The position numbers and the translations under genes were made by a program. From Bacteroidetes bacterium MED-G13 (GTDB lineage Bacteria > Bacteroidota > Bacteroidia > Flavobacteriales > Flavobacteriaceae), in NCBI GenBank assembly GCA_002457735.1, contig NTKO01000003.1, positions 10,248-74,247 on the forward strand: DNA of 64,000 nt, in the 5' to 3' direction. Every line of letters begins with the position of its first letter. The stretch's first letter is position 1. Shown here piece after piece: positions 20,879 to 29,900 of the stretch. The notes beneath the pieces were generated by a model, which was not told the origin of the DNA, did no database searches, and saw only the letters and a program-made list of their open reading frames with translations.

Positions 20879-21930
20879 TGATCAAAACTGATATCATAAT
20901 TATTGGTGCTGGGCCAGTTGGCCTTTTCACGGTTTTTGAAGCAGGTTTACTTAAAATGAAATGTCATTTAATTGATGTGCTTCCAAAAGCTGGTGGTCAA
21001 TGTATTGAGTTATATCCAAAAAAACCTATTTATGATATTCCTGCACACCCAGAAATTCTAGCTGGGGATTTGATTGAAAAATTAATTAATCAAAGTAGTC
21101 AATTCAAACCAGGATTCACACTTGGAGAGAAAGCGGAAAAACTTACCAAAAATAAAGACGGAACATTTACAGTTACAACAGATAAAGGAACTGAACATAA
21201 TGCTCCGATAGTTGCAATTGCAGGAGGTCTTGGTGGTTTTCAGCCAAGAAAACCTAATTTTGAAGGAATTGAAGATTTTGAAAATAAGGGGATTCAATAC
21301 TTTATTAAAGACCCAAAAATTTTTAACAATAAAAATATTGTTATTTCGGGTGGTGGTGACTCTGCTTTAGATTGGGTAATTGAATTATCAAAAACTGCCA
21401 AAAATGTTACGCTTGTACATAGAAGAAATGAATTCAGAGGTGCAAAAGATTCGGTTGATAAAGTTCAACGACTAAAAGATTTAAATAAAATTAATATTTT
21501 AACACCTGCTGAGGTATTTAAAGTTGAAGGTAATGATCGATTAGAAACTATATTTGTCAAAAAAAATGATGAAGAAATTAAAATTGAAGCAGATTATTTT
21601 ATTCCATTATTTGGTTTAACACCAAGGCTAGGATCAATTAATGATTGGGGGCTCGATATTGAAAAAAATTCAATTAAAGTAAATAATGCCCTCGATTATC
21701 AAACAAATATTAATGGAATTTTTGCGATCGGAGATATCAATACATATCCAGGAAAACTTAATTTGATATTATGTGGATTTCATGAGGCGGCATTGATGTG
21801 TCAAGCAGCTTTTAAAATTATTAATCCTGATAAAAAATTTATATTAAAATATACTACAGTTTCTGGAGTAGAGGGATTTGACGGCTCGTTAAAAAAAGCA
21901 GAAGGATCAGTTGTTAAATCTATTGATTAA
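20878..21930 (+). CDS. thioredoxin-reductase-like ferredoxin--NADP+ reductase (type 2)
   Basis: 350 aa with FAD motif IIGAGPVGLF and NAD(P) motif ISGGGDSALDW. It has no CxxC redox pair, so it is YumC/FNR-like rather than TrxB. Confidence 0.8.
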   Translation: MIKTDIIIIGAGPVGLFTVFEAGLLKMKCHLIDVLPKAGGQCIELYPKKPIYDIPAHPEILAGDLIEKLINQSSQFKPGFTLGEKAEKLTKNKDGTFTVTTDKGTEHNAPIVAIAGGLGGFQPRKPNFEGIEDFENKGIQYFIKDPKIFNNKNIVISGGGDSALDWVIELSKTAKNVTLVHRRNEFRGAKDSVDKVQRLKDLNKINILTPAEVFKVEGNDRLETIFVKKNDEEIKIEADYFIPLFGLTPRLGSINDWGLDIEKNSIKVNNALDYQTNINGIFAIGDINTYPGKLNLILCGFHEAALMCQAAFKIINPDKKFILKYTTVSGVEGFDGSLKKAEGSVVKSID

Positions 21931-21980
21931 TTTATAACAAACTTCATAAATTTATTTTCTTTTATTTTGAAATCCCCAGT

Positions 21981-22814
21981 TCATTTATCGTTGAAACTAT
22001 AGGAATAAGTTTCTTGTTTAGAATTTCTTAAATCAGACCATGAAGAATTTTTCTCTAACAATTCTTCAATTGCATCCCACAATAAAATTCTCTTATGAAG
22101 AGCAATCTTAGAAATTTCTTCAATTTCTAACCAAAATTCAGCTTTATTTCCAGCAAGTTTTGATACCATATCAAGAGCCATTGGGCCATGCTCATCTTCG
22201 TCTAGTTCAATATGTCTTTCAAAATAATATATCAATTTACCAATATTACTGCCTTTGATATTTTTTTCAAATTCGTGTAATATTTCATTGAACATGTTTG
22301 GAATTAAGTTCTCTCTACCAAAGGTAAAAATAGCAGCGATTTTGTGTGGTTTACCCTCTCTAATTACTGAAAAAGTAAAATGTAGAAATTCTTTAATATT
22401 TGGATGAATATCTAGATCATTAATGCACTTATCTATATCATTTGACTTTGATAATTTAAAAATATTATTACTAGATGCTTCAGTTGATGCACCGATATCA
22501 TACATTGCATCTAGATATAGTTCATAGTGGCTTTTTCTTACGCCTTTTTGATTAATATCTGTTTCTTCAGCAAGTACAATTTCGTTAATTAAATATGCAG
22601 TTTCAGAGTTTTTATTTGGCATCCAGGGAGTCTTTGTACATGTAAGAATCAATTGTAAAGATTTTAACAGTGACATAAAATCCCATACTGCATAAACATG
22701 ATTTTGAGTGAATACTTTAAGATCCTCAATCCGATTAATTTTAGAGTACAAGCTATGATTCAAAAGCTTTTGTCTTAAGGGTTCAATCTGTTTTTGTATA
22801 TTTTCTATGTTCAT
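21981..22814 (-). CDS. DUF3050 protein (haem-oxygenase-like helical fold)
   Basis: 277 aa with HVYAVWDFMSLLKSLQ and ERHIELDEDEHGPMA motifs that I recognise as DUF3050. Function unknown. Confidence 0.6.
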   Translation of the reverse strand: MNIENIQKQIEPLRQKLLNHSLYSKINRIEDLKVFTQNHVYAVWDFMSLLKSLQLILTCTKTPWMPNKNSETAYLINEIVLAEETDINQKGVRKSHYELYLDAMYDIGASTEASSNNIFKLSKSNDIDKCINDLDIHPNIKEFLHFTFSVIREGKPHKIAAIFTFGRENLIPNMFNEILHEFEKNIKGSNIGKLIYYFERHIELDEDEHGPMALDMVSKLAGNKAEFWLEIEEISKIALHKRILLWDAIEELLEKNSSWSDLRNSKQETYSYSFNDK

Positions 22815-22820
22815 ATTATT

Positions 22821-23999
22821 TTATTTGAATGCATTAATGCCTGTGATGTCTAATCCAGTTATTAGTAGATGAATATCATGGGTTCCCTCATATGTGATTA
22901 CACTCTCAAGATTCATCATATGTCTCATGATCGGATAATCTCCGGTGATTCCCATTCCTCCTAATATTTGTCTAGCTTCTCTTGCAATATTGATCGCCAT
23001 TTCAACATTGTTTCTTTTTGCCATGGATATTTGGGCAGAGGTTGCTTTACCTTCATTTTTCAAGGTTCCAAGTCTCCAAGCAAGTAGTTGTGCTTTTGTG
23101 ATCCCTGTTATCATCTCTGACAATTTTTTTTGCTGAAGTTGAAATCCTCCAATTGGCTTACCAAATTGGCTCCTTTCTTTACTGTATTTTAAGGCTGAAT
23201 CATAGCAATCCATTGCAGCCCCTATTGCACCCCACGCTATTCCATACCTTGCTGAGTCAAGGCATTTTAATGGGGCACCAAGTCCAGATTTATTCGGCAT
23301 TAGATTATTTTTTGGCACTTTAACATCATTAAAAATCAATTCACCGGTTGAGCTAGCACGCAATGACCATTTGTTATGAGTCTCAGGCGTAGTAAATCCC
23401 TCCATACCTCTTTCAACAATTAATCCGTGAATTCTTCCTTCTTCGTTTTTTGCCCATACAATTGCAATATCTGCGAAAGGAGAATTTGAAATCCATAGTT
23501 TTGCTCCATTTAGAAGATAATAATCACCACAGTCTTTATAATTTGTAGTCATTCCAGCCGGGTTAGAGCCATGATCTGGCTCTGTTAAGCCAAAGCAACC
23601 CATTAGCTCTCCAGTTGCAAGTTTTGGTAAAAACCTTTTCTTTTGTTCCTCAGTTCCATAGTTAAAAATAGGCCCCATGACAAGTGAAGATTGAACAGAT
23701 GCAGTTGATCTGATTCCTGAATCACCTCTTTCGATTTCTTGCATAATCAAACCAGCTGAGATTTCATCTAAACCAGACCCACCATATTCAATTGGAATAT
23801 TAGGACCAAATGCACCAATATCTGCTAGTTCTTTCAATAAATGATTAGGAAATTTAGCTTTTTGCGCATGTTCTTCTATAATAGGAGAGACAGATTTTTT
23901 AACCCAATCCCTTACAGAATTTCTTATTAATTTATGTTCATCAGTTAATAGATCATCAACTTTGTAATAATCAGGGGCTTCGAACAAATCAGGCTTCAT
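22821..23999 (-). CDS. acyl-CoA dehydrogenase (glutaryl-CoA dehydrogenase-like)
   Basis: 392 aa with ACAD N/M/C domains (GLTEPDHGSNP, YEGTHDIH) and a catalytic-base region typical of GCDH. Confidence 0.85.
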   Translation of the reverse strand: MKPDLFEAPDYYKVDDLLTDEHKLIRNSVRDWVKKSVSPIIEEHAQKAKFPNHLLKELADIGAFGPNIPIEYGGSGLDEISAGLIMQEIERGDSGIRSTASVQSSLVMGPIFNYGTEEQKKRFLPKLATGELMGCFGLTEPDHGSNPAGMTTNYKDCGDYYLLNGAKLWISNSPFADIAIVWAKNEEGRIHGLIVERGMEGFTTPETHNKWSLRASSTGELIFNDVKVPKNNLMPNKSGLGAPLKCLDSARYGIAWGAIGAAMDCYDSALKYSKERSQFGKPIGGFQLQQKKLSEMITGITKAQLLAWRLGTLKNEGKATSAQISMAKRNNVEMAINIAREARQILGGMGITGDYPIMRHMMNLESVITYEGTHDIHLLITGLDITGINAFK

Positions 24000-24055
24000 A
24001 AGCTTTTTTTTACAAAGTTAAATAATGCTTGTTTAAGATTAAACTATTTTAAGCT

Positions 24056-25141
24056 TTATTTAAGATTTATGAATTGTGAAATTAAGCAGTGAAAATGGTG
24101 AACTCCTTTTTCTCTTTCGACCGAGAATCTTCCTGAATTGTAAAAGCTTGAATTAATTCCTTTCTGAACATTTTCAACAATATTTTCGTCTTCTAGTTCT
24201 ACTTCATTCAAGTCTTCACTTGCGCCGTTATTAAGTTTAGAATTATCTAAAACATAAGATCGAAACAAAACTTTGGTTTTTGACTTATTAATTGGACAAA
24301 CTACATTTAATGAAATACCCCAAGGATAAATATTTAACATGATATTTGGAAAAATCCAGTAATAAAATGCTGCAATTTTTTTACCATAATCTCTATGATT
24401 TTTTGGAAATTGAAAACATTGATCTTTATTTTTTGAAAAGCCAATCTGTAGGTTAAAATTTTTATAGATTTCTGTTTTATAATTATTGTAATCCAGAACC
24501 TCATTAAGGCCTTTATGAACGTAGGGAACGTGAAACCCTTCCAAAAAATTATCACAATAAATTGCCCAATGTGAATTTACAAAATAGTCTCTTGAAAGAT
24601 CATTATTAATTTTGAGTTCGTTTAAAGCTAAGAATGAAATTCTTTTTTCTATTTGTTTCAAAATTGGTGACAATTCAAAGTGTGGGTTTATACCAACAAA
24701 AAATAACCCATACCAATTTATTAATGGAAGATTTTTTAAATTGTCATTCGAGCTTGGAAAATTTTTAACTGATTCAAATTCAGGCATAAACTCAAATTCA
24801 CCATTTAAGTTAAACCTCCTACCATGATAATTGCAAACAATTTTTTTAAGTTTACATTCCTTTTCTACTAGTATATTTCCCCTGTGGGTACAAACATTTG
24901 AATAGCATTTTATATTGTTATTATCTTTCAACAATATTACTGGCTCATTGATAAGATCTTCTAAAATATTTATTGGAATTATTATTTTATTTTTATTATT
25001 AATTTCATTACTATCAATCCACTGCCAAGATTTTAGGAAAATTTTTTCTTTTGATAGATTGTAAAATTTTTCATAAGTATAAAATTCAGATGGTAGCGTA
25101 TTAGCAAGCTCAATTTTTTTATTTACAAATATTTTTTGCAT
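24056..25141 (-). CDS. Rieske [2Fe-2S] non-haem-iron oxygenase alpha subunit (choline-monooxygenase-like)
   Basis: Rieske motif CTHRGN...CNYHGRRF, followed by a mononuclear-iron region (DNFLEGFHVPYVH). Confidence 0.8.
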   Translation of the reverse strand: MQKIFVNKKIELANTLPSEFYTYEKFYNLSKEKIFLKSWQWIDSNEINNKNKIIIPINILEDLINEPVILLKDNNNIKCYSNVCTHRGNILVEKECKLKKIVCNYHGRRFNLNGEFEFMPEFESVKNFPSSNDNLKNLPLINWYGLFFVGINPHFELSPILKQIEKRISFLALNELKINNDLSRDYFVNSHWAIYCDNFLEGFHVPYVHKGLNEVLDYNNYKTEIYKNFNLQIGFSKNKDQCFQFPKNHRDYGKKIAAFYYWIFPNIMLNIYPWGISLNVVCPINKSKTKVLFRSYVLDNSKLNNGASEDLNEVELEDENIVENVQKGINSSFYNSGRFSVEREKGVHHFHCLISQFINLK

Positions 25142-25143
25142 AA

Positions 25144-25662
25144 CTAAATATCTAATATACCGTCTGGAAGATCCATCTTCATTATTCTATTTTTTTTATC
25201 AACTTTTATTATTAATTTATCATTTATGGGAATCAAACTTTTTTTTCCTGATACATTTATTTTTAATAAGTGTTGTGGAGATTGATCATTGACCCCGGTG
25301 ATATTGCCTACTTTTTTATTATCCTTACCTATAATTGTGAAGCCAATAATTTCATGGTAATAAAAACTATTTTTATCAGTTTTAGGCAAGGATTCAATGG
25401 GAAGATAGATTTCTTTATTTATTAATTTCTCAGTATCATTTTCAGTATCAATACCATTGATTTTTACTCTAATTCTGTTAGTTTTATTTGGTTTTACACT
25501 GGAAATATTAAAGGGAGTTAAAACATCGTTAATTTTAATAAATAAATTTTTTATGTTATAGTAAAATTCTGGGGAGTCAGTATCCAAAAATATTATAACC
25601 TCACCCCGAAAGCTAAATTTTTTAGTGATTTTTCCTAGATAATAAAAGTCATTTAATTTCAT
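25144..25662 (-). CDS. rimM: 16S rRNA processing protein RimM
   Basis: 172 aa with RimM N-terminal and PRC-barrel domains, located directly downstream of rpsP. Confidence 0.85.
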   Translation of the reverse strand: MKLNDFYYLGKITKKFSFRGEVIIFLDTDSPEFYYNIKNLFIKINDVLTPFNISSVKPNKTNRIRVKINGIDTENDTEKLINKEIYLPIESLPKTDKNSFYYHEIIGFTIIGKDNKKVGNITGVNDQSPQHLLKINVSGKKSLIPINDKLIIKVDKKNRIMKMDLPDGILDI

Positions 25663-25722
25663 AAATTTAATGAACTTTCAATAAGATATAAAATTATATA
25701 ATAAAAGGAATAGTAGAAGTAA

Positions 25723-26364
25723 TTATTTCTTTTTATCAGAGTTTTCTTCCGCTGCTGGAGCTTCTTCTGCTGCTGGAGCTTCTTCTGCTGCTGGAGCTTC
25801 TTCCGCTGCTGGAGCTTCTTCTGCTGCTGGAGCTTCTTCCGCTGCTGGAGCTTCTTCCGCTGCTGGAGCTTCTTCTGCCGCTGGAGCTTCTTCCGCTTTT
25901 GTAGCAGCCTCTAATGCTTCTTTTTGTGCTTTAATTCTAGCATCATTTGCAAGCTTTTCATTTTCAATTGCTTTTGCCTTAGCTTCTTGTTGTTGTTTTT
26001 CAACCAAAGATGATTTATCATCAATCCTTTTTAGTTTATCTTTTAGCCATTCTTGAAATCTTTTTTCAGCTTCCTCTTCATCAAATGCTCCTTTTGCAAC
26101 ACCTCCAGCTAGGTGATGTTTTAACAATGCACCTTTGTATGAAAGAATATTTCTGGCAGTATGAGTAGGTTGCGCTCCGTTGGATAACCAAACAACAGAT
26201 TTATCAATATCTAGCTCAATTGTAGCAGGATTTGTATTTGGATTATAAGATCCAAGTTTTTCTAAATACTTTCCATCTCTTTTGGAACGTGAATCGGCGG
26301 CAACAATCCAATAAAAAGGTTTCCCTTTTTTACCGTGCCTTTGAAGTCTAATTTTTACTGGCAT
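25723..26364 (-). CDS. rpsP: 30S ribosomal protein S16 with a long K/A/E-rich C-terminal extension
   Basis: The N-terminus MPVKIRLQRHGKKGKPFYWIVAADSRSKRDGKYLEKLGSYNP is canonical S16. A C-terminal tail of about 120 aa ends in (APAAEE)x8. Confidence 0.93.
   Translation of the reverse strand: MPVKIRLQRHGKKGKPFYWIVAADSRSKRDGKYLEKLGSYNPNTNPATIELDIDKSVVWLSNGAQPTHTARNILSYKGALLKHHLAGGVAKGAFDEEEAEKRFQEWLKDKLKRIDDKSSLVEKQQQEAKAKAIENEKLANDARIKAQKEALEAATKAEEAPAAEEAPAAEEAPAAEEAPAAEEAPAAEEAPAAEEAPAAEEAPAAEENSDKKK
25744..25896. repeat. 18-bp in-frame tandem repeat, 8 full units plus a partial unit, inside the rpsP 3' end
   Basis: The unit ttcttc[c/t]gc[t/c]gctggagc is repeated head to tail. Differences occur only at synonymous (wobble) positions. 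It encodes APAAEE. Confidence 0.95.
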
Positions 26365-26408
26365 ATTTTTAATTTTTAGGTACTCGACCTGGTTTTTAAA
26401 TGTGGGGG

Positions 26409-26416
26409 CAAATATA
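26409..26416 (-). promoter_or_regulatory. Bacteroidota -7 promoter box (TATATTTG) upstream of rpsP
   Basis: Minus-strand exact match about 45 nt upstream of the rpsP ATG. Confidence 0.45.
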
Positions 26417-26485
26417 TAATATAAAATACTAACATCAACTAAATCTTTAAAAATTTTGTATTACATTTACTTCAACACCAAATAA

Positions 26486-26950
26486 ATGAAAAAGATTGTA
26501 TTTATTTTAATGCTTGTAGCCCTCTTTAACTGTACCGAGGATTTGAGTAATAATACACCTGGTTTTGAAGCAAGTGTTGATGGGAATGAATGGGTTGCGC
26601 AAAGTTACAATGCAACAATTCAAAACAGTCAATTATCAATTTCTGGAAATAATCAATTAGGTACAATTTCAATGGTTATTGATTCAATTAATATTAACTC
26701 TTTTGAACTTAGAAGTTGGACTGATGATTTTGCTGTTTTTCAAGATACAATGTTATATTCTACAAAAAATGATGGCATTGGAAGTATTGCCTATTTAAGT
26801 GCTGGAAAAATTGATATAAATGAGATTAATTATGTAGACAATTCTGTAAGCGGTCATTTTTATTTTGAGTGTTATGACAATTCTGGATTACACGTAAAAA
26901 CCGTTTCAGAGGGTGTTTTTTACAAAGTTCCAATTAATACACAAGATTAG
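26486..26950 (+). CDS. hypothetical lipoprotein
   Basis: 154 aa with a signal peptide and lipobox (LFNCT). No motif I can name with confidence. Confidence 0.45.
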   Translation: MKKIVFILMLVALFNCTEDLSNNTPGFEASVDGNEWVAQSYNATIQNSQLSISGNNQLGTISMVIDSININSFELRSWTDDFAVFQDTMLYSTKNDGIGSIAYLSAGKIDINEINYVDNSVSGHFYFECYDNSGLHVKTVSEGVFYKVPINTQD

Positions 26951-26960
26951 TTTTCTTTAG

Positions 26961-29900
26961 ATGTTTTTAATTTTTGACACTGAAACAACCGGTTTACCTA
27001 AAAATTGGAAAGCTCCAATTTCTGATACTAGTAATTGGCCAAGATGTGTTCAAATCGCATGGCAATTACATGACAAGTACGGACAACTTGTAGAAAATAA
27101 AAGTTATATAATTAAACCTGATGGTTTTGACATCCCATATGAATCGGAAAACATTCATGGAATATCAACTGCTTTGGCATTAGCCGAGGGTCATGAATTG
27201 ATAAAAGTTTTAGAATCATTCAACTCATCAATTTTAAAATCAAATTTTATTGTAGGACATAATATTAATTTCGATCTTAATGTTATTGGCTGTGAATTTT
27301 ATAGATTAAATTTTGAGTCAAAAATCGATTCTGTTGATTTATTGGACACATGTTCTGAGCAAACCGCAGAATTATGTAAACTCTCTGGTGGAAGAGGGGG
27401 AAAATTTAAATTACCAACTTTAACCGAACTTCATAAATTTTTATTTGATGAGCAATTTAAGGATGCACATAACGCAAGTGCTGATGTGGAGGCCACCTCT
27501 AGATGTTTACTGGAGCTAATTAGAATTGAAAACTTTAAAAAAGATCAAATTCAATTAGGAGAAAATTATTTTAACGAATTCAAAGAAGTAAACTCCGATC
27601 CAATTAAAACTTTTGGAATTAAGCATCTTAATCTTAAGGAAAAATCTGAAAAATTAAAGGAATCAGTAATCGAGAGTAATTTAATTACTAGTGAAGTAAA
27701 TATTATTGATAATGATCTTGATGAATATAATTTCTGTCATCTTCACAATCACACTCAATTTTCTATGTTGCAATCGACAATAAAAATCAGAGATTTGGTT
27801 GATATGACTTATAAAAATAATATGAATGCTGTTGCCATAACAGATTTAGGAAACATGATGGGAGCATTTAGATTTATTAGTGAAGTAAAAAAAGTAAATC
27901 AAAAAATAGATGAGGAAAATGAATCTCTTGATGAAAAAAAACAACATATAAAACCAATTGTAGGATGTATTTTAAATGTATGTGAAGACCGACTAAATAA
28001 AAACTACAGAGATAACGGATATCAAACGGTTTTTTTAGCAAAAAATAAAAAAGGTTATGATAATTTGTCAAAGTTGTCTTCACTTGGTTACACAGAAGGT
28101 TTCTATTATGTTCCAAGAGTTGATAAAGAATTAATACTTAAATATAAAAGTGATTTAATTGTTCTTTCCGGAAACTTGTATGGAGAAATTTCAAGTAAAA
28201 TTTTAAAAGTTGGGAAAGCTGAAGCTGAACAGTCACTTAAATGGTGGAAAAAAAATTTTAATGATGATTTTTATCTTGAAATTAATAGACATAATCAGCA
28301 AGATGAAAATGCAGTTAATGAGGTTTTATTGAATTTATCTAAACAGCATAAAATAAATTTAATTGCTACTAACAGCACGTATTATTTACAGAAAAACGAG
28401 GCAAATGCGCATGACATTTTATTATGTGTACGAGATGGTGAAAAATTGGCAACTCCAAAAGGAAGAGGTAGGGGGTTTAGGTATGGGTTAAGTAATGATC
28501 AATATTACTTTAAGTCATCAGCTGAGATGAAAGATTTGTTTTCTGATATTCCCCATGCGATAAAAAATATAAATGATTTATTGCTAAAAATTACTCCCTT
28601 TGACTTAAATAATGAAGTTCAATTACCAAAATTTCAAATACCCAAAGAATTTAGTAATAATAGTAAAAATGGTAGTGGAGAAAATGAATATTTAAAATAT
28701 CTAGCGTATAATGGAGCAAAAAAAAGATATGGAAAAGTTTCCAATGAACTGAGCGAAAGAATTGAATTTGAGTTAGAAACTATTAAAAATACAGGTTATC
28801 CTGGTTATTTTTTAATTGTTGAAGATTTTATCAGAAAGGCTAGAGAGATGAATGTTTCTGTTGGGCCTGGAAGAGGTTCAGCTGCAGGATCAGTAGTTGC
28901 TTATTGCCTTTGGATTACCAATATTGATCCGATTAAGTATGATTTACTTTTTGAAAGATTTTTAAATCCTGATAGAATAAGTATGCCTGATATTGATATT
29001 GATTTTGATGATGTTGGTAGGAATAAAGTAATTAATTATGTAATTGAAAAGTATGGAGAAAATCAAGTTGCCCAAATAATAACATATGGCACAATGGCTG
29101 CAAAATCATCCATTAGGGATACTGCCCGGGTTTTAGACCTTCCACTTGGAGATGCTGACAGAATAGCAAAGTTAGTTCCTAACATGGCTAAACTTAGTTC
29201 CATATTTGAAACCAATCATAAAGAGCTAAGAAATAAGTTTAGGGCAGATGATTTAGATAAAATAAATCAGCTACTTTCTATTTCACAGGCTGATAATTTA
29301 GAAAGTGAGACGATTAAACATGCCAGATTACTTGAGGGAACATTAAGAAATACAGGTATTCATGCTTGTGGAGTCATTATAACCCCTGATGACATTAAAA
29401 ATTATGTACCAATTGCAACTGCCAAAGATTCAGATCTTTATGTAACACAGTTTGATAATGCAGTGGTGGAACAAGCTGGATTATTAAAAATGGATTTTTT
29501 AGGATTAAAAACATTAACTCTAATTAAAGACACTGTCAAAATCGTAAAGGCAAAATATGGAATTGAATTAGATCCAGATAACTTTCCGATTGATGACAAA
29601 AAAACATTTGATTTATTTAAAAGAGGAGATACAGTCGGTATTTTTCAGTATGAATCTCCAGGGATGCAAAAACATTTAAAAGATCTAAAGCCAACCGTAT
29701 TTGATGATTTGATCGCTATGAATGCTCTTTACAGGCCTGGGCCAATGGAATATATTCCAAGTTTTATTAAACGAAAACACGGAGATGAGAAAATTATCTA
29801 TGACTTACCTGAAATGGAAGAAATCTTAAAAGATACCTACGGAATAACCGTTTATCAGGAGCAAGTGATGTTATTATCTCAAAAAATTGGTGACTTTACA

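Noticed and set aside
25744-25896. Regularly spaced short repeats that might suggest a CRISPR array.
   Set aside because: The units are contiguous with no spacers, in frame, and lie inside rpsP. This is a coding tandem repeat, and no cas genes are present in the window.
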